From positions 1 to 40,040 of the IMG/VR virus record IMGVR_UViG_3300035649_000033: a DNA stretch of 40,040 nucleotides. One strand, given 5' to 3'. The notes beneath the pieces were generated by a model. That model ran no database searches and had not been told where the DNA came from. It worked only from the letters and a program-made list of their open reading frames with translations. Made by a program: the position numbers and the translations under genes. The DNA comes from a virus. Below, piece after piece: positions 1 to 7,358 of this stretch (positions are counted from its first letter, which is position 1; each line of letters starts with the position of its first letter).

Positions 1-98
1 ATGTCAAACAAAACAAACACAGGGCTTGTAAACTACGCCAAGGTGCAGGTTGGGAATCCATATTGGTACGGGACCTTTGGTCAGACAGCGACGGAAAG
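1..98. repeat. Terminal overlap copy 1 (identical to 39943..40040)
   Basis: Read directly: atgtcaaacaaaacaaacacagggcttgtaaac...gacggaaagt is present at both ends. Confidence 0.95.
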
Positions 99-999
99 TT
101 TGCTCACGCAAAAAATGAAACAGTACCCTGCTCAGTTCACCGGCAGCCGCCCGTCGACGGCGAGAAGCAAGCACCTGGGCAAACGGGTGCATGACTGCTG
201 CGGGCTGATCAAGGGCTATCTGTGGAGCGATACGACCACAAGTACACCGAAGTACAACGCGAGCCAGGACGTCAACGTCGGAGGGATGTTGCAGCGCTGC
301 AAGACGCGAGGCGCGATTAAGACGATCCCGGAAACACCGGGCGTGCTAGTATTCCGCGGCACGTCTCACGTTGGCGTGTACATTGGGAACGGCAGTGTGA
401 TCGAGGCCAAGGGGTTTGATTATGGTGTCATCCGCAGCGAGCTGGCCAAGGGTGACTGGGATCGTTGGGGTAAGCTCGATTGGATTACATACGAGACATA
501 CGAGTCAGCCACGAAGGAACCCAAGCCGGACGCCGGCAAAATTGAGGAGGGCGATCTCGTCACGGTTAGTGGCGTTGGCGCGGCCTCCAGCTCCGGGGCA
601 GGGGCAAAAACAAAGAAGTTCAGCGGCCAGAAAATGTGTGTTGTGAAGGTTGCCAAAGGCGCTGCCTACCCCTATGCCTGCTCTACTATCCTGACGGCAA
701 CCAGCGCGGCGCAGGCCACGGGCTGGTTCACAGCGGCGAGCGTCGGAGCAGCTTCCGGCGGATCGTCTGCCCCATCCAATCCGTATGCGGCGGGGCGCAA
801 AATCGCGCTCAAGGATGCGCCGCTGTACACATCAGCGACCACTGGAAAGGTCACTCGCAAGCTTAGCGGCACCTACTATCTATACGATGGGCAGGCATTC
901 AGCGGCAGGTATCGTGTTACTCCGCGAGCAGACATGGTTGGGAAAAAGCCGGTGGGCAGCAATGTGACCGGATATATCCCCAAATCCTATATCAAGTGA
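1..999 (+). CDS. Endolysin: NlpC/P60-type cell-wall peptidase with C-terminal SH3-like wall-binding repeats
   Basis: N-terminal NPYWYG...DCCGLIKGY...SHVGVYIGNG (Cys/His papain-like core). The C-terminal half has two SH3b-like segments (KMCVVKV..., RKIALKDAPLYTSA...YRV). Confidence 0.85.
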   Translation: MSNKTNTGLVNYAKVQVGNPYWYGTFGQTATESLLTQKMKQYPAQFTGSRPSTARSKHLGKRVHDCCGLIKGYLWSDTTTSTPKYNASQDVNVGGMLQRCKTRGAIKTIPETPGVLVFRGTSHVGVYIGNGSVIEAKGFDYGVIRSELAKGDWDRWGKLDWITYETYESATKEPKPDAGKIEEGDLVTVSGVGAASSSGAGAKTKKFSGQKMCVVKVAKGAAYPYACSTILTATSAAQATGWFTAASVGAASGGSSAPSNPYAAGRKIALKDAPLYTSATTGKVTRKLSGTYYLYDGQAFSGRYRVTPRADMVGKKPVGSNVTGYIPKSYIK

Positions 1000-1011
1000 G
1001 GGGACAAGCCG

Positions 1012-1251
1012 ATGGGAGAAACCGTTATCGTCGCGCTAATCACCGGAGGCTGCGCGCTGCTGGGATCCGTGATTACGGTATGGGCGTCCGGAAATAAAAC
1101 GATTTATCGAATTGCCCGCGTTGAAGAAAAGGTGGATCGACTCGAAAAGAAAGTAGATGAGCACAACCGCTTGCAGGAGCGAATGGGAATCGTGGAGCAG
1201 TCTACAAAGTCAGCGCACCATAGGATCGACGAGCTGAGAAAGGAGCGGTGA
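1012..1251 (+). CDS. Membrane-anchored coiled-coil protein, lysis-associated
   Basis: N-terminal TM helix (VIVALITGGCALLGSVITVWA) then a charged heptad-like region. Located between endolysin and holin. Confidence 0.6.
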   Translation: MGETVIVALITGGCALLGSVITVWASGNKTIYRIARVEEKVDRLEKKVDEHNRLQERMGIVEQSTKSAHHRIDELRKER

Positions 1252-1253
1252 AC

Positions 1254-1322
1254 ATGTTTGTATCGATCCCGATTGCAATTATCTCGTTTGTGACGTGGCT
1301 GCTGTCGCAGCTGATCCGTTGA
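1254..1322 (+). CDS. 22-aa hydrophobic peptide (MFVSIPIAIISFVTWLLSQLIR)
   Basis: ATG lies 8 nt after SD aaggag and 2 nt after the upstream stop. The peptide is a single TM-length hydrophobic stretch. It is too short for the ORF track. Confidence 0.35.
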   Translation: MFVSIPIAIISFVTWLLSQLIR

Positions 1323-1385
1323 GGAAATGAACTCAGCCGACGAGTGGGCGGAGGGCAGAAATTAAAATTTGGAGGTAAAAACATT

Positions 1386-1961
1386 ATGGAATATCGCAAA
1401 AAACCCGTTGTTGTGAATGCTTGGGACTGGTTAGGAGAATACAATCCCGACGAGATGCCGGAATGGCTTGCCGAAGCGCTTGCAGATGGAACTGTCACAA
1501 TTAAAAATCCCGGTGAATCCAATACCCAGATGATCATCAAGACGCTGGAGGGCGATCATACTGCCAACCCGCATGACTACATCATCCAAGGCGTGGTCGG
1601 GGAACTGTATCCCTGCAAGCCGGAGATTTTTAATGCGACCTACGAGATAGTCAATCTGGACGATGACGACGTGCCATCAGAAACCTTGATGGCGAATCCT
1701 GGTGCTAGCGACACGGTGCCCGAAAAAGTCAAGATCAAGGCCGACACCATCATCCGCACAATTGTGTTGGCCTTGGCTCTCATCAATCAGATCCTTGCCG
1801 CAGCCGGGTACAACCCGCTGCCGATCGAGGATGCAACGGTATACGAGTTGGGTAGCCTGTTGCTCACCCTGGGCGCGTCGCTCTGGGCGTGGTGGAAGAA
1901 CAACTCGTTCACGAAAAAGGCAATTCAGGCCGATGAAGAACTGCGCGACAAAAAGGATTGA
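1386..1961 (+). CDS. Holin (Phage_holin_1-like C-terminal domain) fused to a ~110-aa N-terminal soluble domain
   Basis: SD ggaggt lies before ATG 1386. The C-terminus DTIIRTIVLALALINQIL...WAWWKNNSFTKKA matches the staphylococcal phi11/80alpha-type holin pattern. The N-terminus MEYRKKPVVV...YPCKPEIFNATYE resembles a stand-alone small phage protein. Confidence 0.75.
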   Translation: MEYRKKPVVVNAWDWLGEYNPDEMPEWLAEALADGTVTIKNPGESNTQMIIKTLEGDHTANPHDYIIQGVVGELYPCKPEIFNATYEIVNLDDDDVPSETLMANPGASDTVPEKVKIKADTIIRTIVLALALINQILAAAGYNPLPIEDATVYELGSLLLTLGASLWAWWKNNSFTKKAIQADEELRDKKD

Positions 1962-1972
1962 ATAAGTTTTAA

Positions 1973-2002
1973 TTTTTGGAGGTTGCTAACACGTTGCTGA
2001 CA
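1973..2002. repeat. 30-bp direct repeat copy 1 (tttttgGaggttgctaacacgttgctgaca)
   Basis: Matches 2191..2220 with 1 mismatch. Contains the tandem sub-repeat GTTGCT(A/G)ACA. Confidence 0.9.
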
Positions 2003-2060
2003 AATTGTCTTTGAAACGTCGTACCTACGTTCACAAGTCATGCCTGGGGGTCAAGAGGCC

Positions 2061-2088
2061 GTGAGTTCAAGTCTCGCCACTCGGACCA
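2061..2088 (+). other. Partial tRNA 3' end (T-arm, acceptor 3' strand, discriminator A, CCA); probable attP core
   Basis: GTGAG-TTCAAGT-CTCGC is a canonical T-arm, followed by CACTCGG-A-CCA. No matching 5' acceptor strand (CCGAGTG), D-arm or anticodon arm lies upstream. Confidence 0.6.
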
Positions 2089-2096
2089 TGCGGAAG

Positions 2097-2137
2097 GCCC
2101 TGAAACAACGTACCTATGTTGTTTCAGGGCTTTTTCT
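2097..2137 (+). terminator. Rho-independent terminator just after the tRNA fragment
   Basis: Perfect 13-bp stem gccctgaaacaac/gttgtttcagggc, 8-nt loop, then ttttt. Confidence 0.7.
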
Positions 2138-2190
2138 TATGCTTTTTAATTGTTCCAAATCCGTATTAAAATCCGTGTAAAATAGTCTAT

Positions 2191-2220
2191 TTTTTGCAGG
2201 TTGCTAACACGTTGCTGACA
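2191..2220. repeat. 30-bp direct repeat copy 2
   Basis: tttttgCaggttgctaacacgttgctgaca, located 15 nt from the integrase stop. Confidence 0.9.
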
Positions 2221-2234
2221 CAGTGCCTTGACTT

Positions 2235-3290
2235 TCAGGCAAGTAGTTCCACGGCTTCTCGGAGTTCCTCGATCTCGACGTGCGTGTAAACTTTATCTGT
2301 CACATCGCCAGAGGCGTGGCCTACAATGCGCTTCACCGTCAGTTTATCCGCCCCGGCACGGTGTTCCATGCTAATGAAAGTATGGCGGGTTGCGTGTGGA
2401 GTAAGTTTACGAACGCCGAGCTGCTCGAGAGCGGGGTAGTAGCAGTTTTCACGGAAATAATTCGCTGTATAAGGGATAAGTTCAATATGCTTGTTGCCTT
2501 GCTTTCCTACAGCTTTCTCTCGACAGAAGATCGTGGGGCCGCCCTTCGCAAGCCAGCGGTCTACATACGGTTGGATTTTGGGATGGATCGGGACAATACG
2601 GTTGCGGCCGGCGTCTGTTTTCAGCCCACCGCGCAAGGTACGTTCAACCGGATCATAGGAAAAAGGTGTCAGTTCCAAAAATTCCGTGATGCGCCAGCCG
2701 GTGTAGCACAGGATCAAAATCAAGTCGGCGTAGGGAATTCCGTTTGCTGCGCCTTTTTCTATTTTTTTGACTTCCAGATCAGTGAAGGCCTCCTTTTTTG
2801 GTGTGTCGTTTTTCGGCAGCACGATGAAGGAGGCATAATTTTTATTGATGATATCGTTCTGCATAGCGTAGCTTTCCAACTGCGTACAAAGAACTTTGAC
2901 CTGGTGCAGCTTGGAATAGGATGCGTTGAGGCCGTCGATAATTGCCTGAAATTCGCCCGTGCGAATGTCTGCGACGCGGCGATCATATAACGGGGCCAGA
3001 TTCTTCCACGCGGCGTTATAGCCGTCTTTGGTGGATTTATCAAGGGTTTGATATTTGACAGTTTTCCATTCGTCGCGCAGCTCTTGGAGGGTCATCTCAG
3101 CCTTCGCTGCAGGAGGCGCGATATGCCACTGGGAGAGCGCGAGCATTGCCTCTTTCCGAGTTTCAAAATAGCCGATTATGTCGCGTTTTATTCGACTACC
3201 GTCGCGCTTCGCGGGCCCGGCGGCGCACCATGGTTTGCGCCGGTGGCCGGAGAGTTTATAGACGGTTCCGTAGCCGTTAGGATTTTTCAT
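2235..3290 (-). CDS. int: Tyrosine recombinase (phage integrase) with N-terminal arm-binding domain
   Basis: C-terminus ...HATRHTFISM...GHASGDVTDKVYTHV (R..HxxR..Y catalytic pattern). The N-terminus NPNGYGTVYKLSGHRRKPW is AP2-like. ATG 3290 follows SD gaggag; the track start at 3308 is a TTG. Confidence 0.9.
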   Translation of the reverse strand: MKNPNGYGTVYKLSGHRRKPWCAAGPAKRDGSRIKRDIIGYFETRKEAMLALSQWHIAPPAAKAEMTLQELRDEWKTVKYQTLDKSTKDGYNAAWKNLAPLYDRRVADIRTGEFQAIIDGLNASYSKLHQVKVLCTQLESYAMQNDIINKNYASFIVLPKNDTPKKEAFTDLEVKKIEKGAANGIPYADLILILCYTGWRITEFLELTPFSYDPVERTLRGGLKTDAGRNRIVPIHPKIQPYVDRWLAKGGPTIFCREKAVGKQGNKHIELIPYTANYFRENCYYPALEQLGVRKLTPHATRHTFISMEHRAGADKLTVKRIVGHASGDVTDKVYTHVEIEELREAVELLA

Positions 3291-3897
3291 GTTGCTGCAT
3301 CTCCTCAATTTGCTGCTTCACATATTCATCCGGCGATATGTTTGTGCATTTAATCTGTAAGTAGGTTTCCAAAGTATCTTCCATCCGCGCCCTCAACGAG
3401 TAATAATTCACCAAGTCGGGATATTCCTGCTCAAATCGATCTACGGCTTCTAATGTCCATTGAACTTCCCGCGGCATCCATAATGCCAAACAGAGATAAA
3501 TGAGGAGGACAATTATAACAGTGATAAGATAGGCGGTCGTCATTGGACGATCTGTCATTGCTTCGTAAACGCAAAGCGCAGTTATTACAGGGCTCATGAG
3601 GCAGAGAAAAGCGTTGAATTTTAAATCATTTTCATACGGAATTAGTTTAATGTTTCGATCTCCTATGCTGAATCCCGCATAGATTATAACGTATGCAAGC
3701 GCAATGAGGCCGGGGCCTATAAAAGCCGCCAATGGAGCTGTTAAAATTATGTCCAACAAGTCTCGCAGCTTCGCCTCTATAGCCCACTCTCCGCGTCCGT
3801 TCGCATAAACCAAAAGCGGAAAAGCGAATCCGATCGCCCAGTCAATCAGAACAATAAAAAACATGAATATTTTCTTTGCTTTTTTTACCTTTTCCAT
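3277..3897 (-). CDS. Multi-pass membrane protein with cytoplasmic C-terminal domain (lysogeny-module accessory gene)
   Basis: At least 4 hydrophobic helices. AT-rich codons. SD gaggag. Its end overlaps the int start by 14 nt. Confidence 0.7.
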   Translation of the reverse strand: MEKVKKAKKIFMFFIVLIDWAIGFAFPLLVYANGRGEWAIEAKLRDLLDIILTAPLAAFIGPGLIALAYVIIYAGFSIGDRNIKLIPYENDLKFNAFLCLMSPVITALCVYEAMTDRPMTTAYLITVIIVLLIYLCLALWMPREVQWTLEAVDRFEQEYPDLVNYYSLRARMEDTLETYLQIKCTNISPDEYVKQQIEEMQQHEKS

Positions 3898-4070
3898 ACA
3901 GATCTCCTCAGTATATTATCAAATAAGAATAATGGAAAAAACTCTACTACTCTATATAACGAAAAAACGCCAAATGTTGTACTTACCCATGAAAGTTTTT
4001 GTATTTTTTAAACTTTTCTACCTTTTTCACAAGACAAAGTCCGAATGTTTGTATAATATTTCAAAGGCTT

Positions 4071-4088
4071 GGCAAACTGCAGTTTGCC
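4071..4088. promoter_or_regulatory. Perfect 18-bp palindrome GGCAAACTGCAGTTTGCC (candidate operator)
   Basis: Read directly. Lies 14 nt downstream of a TATAAT hexamer (4052..4057) and about 100 nt upstream of the XRE gene. Confidence 0.4.
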
Positions 4089-4192
4089 CAAAATATGAAA
4101 GATATCTGTTAATATTTTACTTGTGGATGACATTCACACTTTTTACATATGAAGCGTAAGCAATGCAATAATAGCCCGAGGAGGGTGTTATT

Positions 4193-4426
4193 GTGTATAT
4201 TGTACGCTTAAAGCTCAAAGCAATCCGGAAAGAAAGAGGATACAGTACGAGAGAACTTGAAAAGCGCTCCGATGTGAGCCGCATGCGTATTGAAGCGCTG
4301 GAGAAGGAAACAAACGTGAATATCAAAACCTCTACCTTATGTAAATTGGCAGAAGCTCTGAATGTGCATCCGAATGAACTGATCACCTATACTTATGTTG
4401 AGGGGGATATCAATGAGACACCATGA
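4193..4426 (+). CDS. XRE-family helix-turn-helix regulator
   Basis: LKAIRKERGYSTRELEKRSDVSRMRIEALEKE...STLCKLAEALNVHPNELI. GTG start after SD gaggaggg. Confidence 0.8.
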   Translation: MYIVRLKLKAIRKERGYSTRELEKRSDVSRMRIEALEKETNVNIKTSTLCKLAEALNVHPNELITYTYVEGDINETP

Positions 4427-4613
4427 ACCGACAGTAGAGCTACATAATTTTGACCCGAATGAAGTTTTCTTGAAAAAAATCGCTCAAAACCTTTCGCGCG
4501 CAAATAACGCTGAGGCTGCCGTGATGGCCTTCGGAGAGGAATTAAAAGTTATCAGCAATAATATTGGAGATGATCTCCAGAGCAAGCTTTTGCCGGTCGG
4601 TAAGAGCGTTTAA
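4413..4613 (+). CDS. Small helical protein, translationally coupled to the XRE gene
   Basis: ATG 4413 follows SD gaggggga and overlaps the XRE end by 14 nt. The last 72 nt overlap the convergent CI-like gene. Confidence 0.4.
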   Translation: MRHHEPTVELHNFDPNEVFLKKIAQNLSRANNAEAAVMAFGEELKVISNNIGDDLQSKLLPVGKSV

Positions 4614-4928
4614 ATCAATGTGCAGATCCGAAACAAGCTTTTTTAACATTTGATATATTTCTTCTTCTTTCGCCCCCGAACTGGTTGCGACCGGTTTGGG
4701 GGTGTTTCTTACTTCCTGAAGTTCGTCATTAAGATTCGATACGCCGTATATATCACATAGAGCAAGAAACGTATCTGCATCTGGCTGACGATGACCGCTT
4801 TCCCAACTATAAATTGTTTTATCTGACACTACAATTTTCCTTTCAGAGAGTTTGTCAACTACTTCTTTTACGCTCATGCCAAGAGCCTTTCTCTTACTTT
4901 TAAGAAATAAATAGGCCACATTTCCCAT
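4542..4928 (-). CDS. CI-like repressor (XRE HTH, no S24 peptidase domain)
   Basis: KRKALGMSVKEVVDKLSERKIVVSDKTIYSWESGHRQP. SD gaaggagg. Divergent from the Cro-like gene. Confidence 0.8.
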   Translation of the reverse strand: MGNVAYLFLKSKRKALGMSVKEVVDKLSERKIVVSDKTIYSWESGHRQPDADTFLALCDIYGVSNLNDELQEVRNTPKPVATSSGAKEEEIYQMLKKLVSDLHIDLNALTDRQKLALEIISNIIADNF

Positions 4929-4951
4929 AAATAAACCTCCTTCATTATTTG

Positions 4952-4980
4952 AGTATATGTTTACAAATAGGTGAAGTCAA
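4952..4980 (-). promoter_or_regulatory. Sigma-70-type promoter for the CI-like gene (TTGACT-17-TATACT on the minus strand)
   Basis: The reverse complement of 4952..4980 reads TTGACTtcacctatttgtaaacaTATACT. Confidence 0.55.
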
Positions 4981-5022
4981 GAAAAAATTCTACATTTCGC
5001 GGAAATAAATCGAGAAATTCTA

Positions 5023-5051
5023 TTGACATGCTGCGAAAAGTAGAATATACT
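5023..5051 (+). promoter_or_regulatory. Sigma-70-type early promoter (TTGACA-17-TATACT) overlapped by ATTCTAC operator half-sites
   Basis: TTGACAtgctgcgaaaagtagaaTATACT. ATTCTA(C/T) half-sites at 4987, 5017, 5040 (inverted) and 5060. Confidence 0.6.
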
Positions 5052-5091
5052 TCAAATGGATTCTACGAAACGCAGAAATGAGGTGATAGAA

Positions 5092-5298
5092 ATGACAACG
5101 TGCGAGAACCTTAAAAGAATTATTAAAGGACGCGGAATTACCTATTCGCACATTTCCAAAGTCACAGGAATACCAGTTGATGCAATTTCTAGCTCCTTGA
5201 ACGGGAAGCGTGTGTTGAAAGCCGACGAGTTTATCTCAATATGCACAGCACTGCACATAGACATGGATGCTTTCAGAAAATCTCCAAAGTCCGCATAA
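5092..5298 (+). CDS. Cro-like XRE HTH regulator
   Basis: ATG 5092 follows SD aggtga. The track start 5056 sits 5 nt after the -10 box. HTH: YSHISKVTGIPVDAISSSLNGKR. Confidence 0.75.
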   Translation: MTTCENLKRIIKGRGITYSHISKVTGIPVDAISSSLNGKRVLKADEFISICTALHIDMDAFRKSPKSA

Positions 5299-5337
5299 AA
5301 ATTCCCCCACGGTGGGGGCCGTGAAAAGAAAGGATGG

Positions 5338-5868
5338 TTACCTGAAACACCAAATGATAAGCGCGATGATCACAGCCACAATGATCACAGATACAGGGAG
5401 CAAAAGAATAAAGAATGACGAGCCTAAACGGTGATGTGTTCCGACACGCCTTGGAGATTTCATCAATCTATATAAAACGATCCCGAATATGCCAAGGGAC
5501 AGCAAGATTAACAAGCCTGCGACAAATTTTCTGCCTGCAAAAGGCTTGTTGGAAGCTTCTGTTACCGGATGCCAAACAGATTTTGCTGAGCTTTCTTCCT
5601 GTGTTTCTTCCTCATACCAGGCATCGGTGTAATCCATTCCTGCGGTCTTTTCTAAGTTTTCTTCATAGTTGGAATCAAACGGGCAAACGCCGTCTGGATG
5701 CCCGTGCGCAGGAAAACCATGATGATAATGATACATCCCCATCTGATGGTCATAATGGCCGCCCCGTGAATCAGTACGGCCCGAATGCCCAAAAACCGTC
5801 AAGGGGAGCAACGTACAGAACAGCAGCGCACAGGCGGTTATAGCGGCACATTTTTTGCACAATCGCAT
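5338..5868 (-). CDS. Secreted/membrane-anchored His-rich YHYH-motif protein
   Basis: Signal-like N-terminus, then GHSGRTDSRGGHYDHQMGMYHYHHGFPAHGHPDG, an acidic linker and two C-terminal TM helices. Confidence 0.75.
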   Translation of the reverse strand: MRLCKKCAAITACALLFCTLLPLTVFGHSGRTDSRGGHYDHQMGMYHYHHGFPAHGHPDGVCPFDSNYEENLEKTAGMDYTDAWYEEETQEESSAKSVWHPVTEASNKPFAGRKFVAGLLILLSLGIFGIVLYRLMKSPRRVGTHHRLGSSFFILLLPVSVIIVAVIIALIIWCFR

Positions 5869-6012
5869 GCTCTCAATCCTTCCCTATTAACTTTCTATTT
5901 TTAACCCGCGCGAGCGGGTATGGCAGAAGCGCGAAATCTGTGATTTCACGCTGATTCTAGCACAATCTTACCACGATTTGGACTTCATGTAAATAAACAA
6001 GAGGTGATCTAC

Positions 6013-6354
6013 GTGCCCGAATATACCGACGAATACATACTCTCCCTGAAAACCGTATCCGTGAACGTCGCTGCAAAATATCTCGGCAAACCGAACACGT
6101 TCGTCTATTGGGGTTTGCAGGACGGCGTGCTGCCGATTGGTACCGCCGTGAAGCAGGCAAAGAAATGGACGTATGACATCCGGCCGCAGCTACTCTACAA
6201 CTACAAGCACGGGATCCGACAGGCGCCCGATCAACTGCTCAAGGAAATGGCGGAAACCATGCAGGAGGTTGTTGAGCAAGCAGCGCAGGTGTGCAAGGCG
6301 CTCGCTGCTCTGCAAGGAACAAAAAACGTAGAAGGGGAGGCGGCCGCATCGTGA
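6013..6354 (+). CDS. Putative HTH DNA-binding protein (excisionase/AlpA-like candidate)
   Basis: GTG 6013 follows SD aagaggtga. The segment LSLKTVSVNVAAKYLGKPNTFVYWGLQDGVLPIG resembles small Xis-type HTH proteins. Confidence 0.45.
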   Translation: MPEYTDEYILSLKTVSVNVAAKYLGKPNTFVYWGLQDGVLPIGTAVKQAKKWTYDIRPQLLYNYKHGIRQAPDQLLKEMAETMQEVVEQAAQVCKALAALQGTKNVEGEAAAS

Positions 6355-6530
6355 ACATCATCGCCATCGTCGAAGCCCTTCTCGGCCTCGCCGCCGTCGC
6401 ACTTTGCGCCGTGGCCTGCTGGCGAGAGGACAAGCTCATCGCCTGGGAAGACAAGCACCTGCTGCCGCTGGCTCGGCGCATCCGCAAAACTATCCTGCAT
6501 CGATCGCGCGAAAGGACTGCAAGCCGATGA
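6351..6530 (+). CDS. Small membrane protein (59 aa)
   Basis: GTGA overlap with the upstream stop. TM helix IIAIVEALLGLAAVALCAVACW. Confidence 0.5.
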   Translation: MNIIAIVEALLGLAAVALCAVACWREDKLIAWEDKHLLPLARRIRKTILHRSRERTASR

Positions 6531-6823
6531 CCGCCAAACGCCGTACACCAAAAACCAAAACAAAGCCCTGTGCAGGCTGTGCACACTACCGGTCGGAAAC
6601 CGGATCACGCGGCGGCAAAGAAATCTGCCATTACATCCTCGACACAGGCGAGCCACGCGGCTGCCCACCGGAGGAATGCGATAAGCGGACAACGCAATTA
6701 CCGCAAAAGCCGTCATTTGAAATGCCGTTTGATCATGATGGATACGAGTTACGCCGCGCGATGCGCTTTGGCGACAAAGAGCGCGCGATCTTCGCACGCA
6801 GAAAGGAGATACACACCCCATGA
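6527..6823 (+). CDS. Cys-rich (zinc-ribbon-like) small protein
   Basis: ATGA coupling. CAGCAHY...CHYILDTGEPRGCPPEEC. Confidence 0.55.
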   Translation: MTAKRRTPKTKTKPCAGCAHYRSETGSRGGKEICHYILDTGEPRGCPPEECDKRTTQLPQKPSFEMPFDHDGYELRRAMRFGDKERAIFARRKEIHTP

Positions 6824-7137
6824 GAAAACCACCCGCCCCCTGGACCCCGCCTTGCCCGCGGGAAGTCTACGTCGTACATACCGGCCTGACCAGTTTTAAT
6901 GTTAAAGAACGTAAATACAGCAAATCCCCGGAGGATACTCTCATCCCTGTTGTCACCCTGACCGCGCGCGGCCCGGTCACAGCGGAGAGCGCCCACCGGG
7001 AGGCGATGCAGATCGCCCGGGACTATGTCCGACGCGGCACAGCGGACAGCGTGGTGGTATCCGCCGCCCGGACGGCCGGCGTGCAGCGCATCTGCCTGTA
7101 TGTCCGGGAGACGCTCTGCCCGGAGGCGGCGTCATGA
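6820..7137 (+). CDS. Hypothetical early protein
   Basis: ATGA coupling; SD gaaaggag. Confidence 0.55.
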   Translation: MRKPPAPWTPPCPREVYVVHTGLTSFNVKERKYSKSPEDTLIPVVTLTARGPVTAESAHREAMQIARDYVRRGTADSVVVSAARTAGVQRICLYVRETLCPEAAS

Positions 7138-7358
7138 CCTGCCCGGTATGCGGCGGAAGGCCCGCGGGCGCGCAGGTGTGGGTACACTGTCCCAAGGTAC
7201 AGGCTGCGATCTGCATGGATCACTGCTACAGTGGCTGCCAGTACCACGATACCACCGCGAGCGTCGGCCACTGCAAATACCGCGCCTGCCTGCTGGACAA
7301 GCGCAAAGTGCTTGATGCCGCACTCGATGACGGGGAGGAGGAGCACTCATGCGCCTGA
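7134..7358 (+). CDS. Cys-rich small protein
   Basis: MTCPVCGG...CPK...CMDHCYSGCQYH...HCKYRAC. SD cggagg. Confidence 0.55.
   Translation: MTCPVCGGRPAGAQVWVHCPKVQAAICMDHCYSGCQYHDTTASVGHCKYRACLLDKRKVLDAALDDGEEEHSCA

Noticed and set aside
1995-2088. Possible complete tRNA gene
   Set aside because: Only the T-arm, the 3' acceptor strand and CCA are present. No complementary 5' acceptor strand (CCGAGTG), D-arm or foldable anticodon arm lies upstream, so it is treated as an att-site fragment.
2280-2990. 236-aa ORF antisense to the integrase gene
   Set aside because: Lies opposite a gene with clear catalytic motifs. The translation is low-complexity and has no SD. Long antisense ORFs of this kind recur across this GC-rich genome.
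3863-4159. 98-aa + strand ORF in the AT-rich int/XRE intergenic region
   Set aside because: F/Y/K/L low-complexity product of AT-rich DNA. It overlaps the start of the membrane-protein gene and the likely promoter/operator region, and has no SD.
5056-5091. Upstream ATG for the Cro-like gene
   Set aside because: It lies 5 nt after the -10 box of the predicted promoter and inside an operator half-site. ATG 5092 has an SD.
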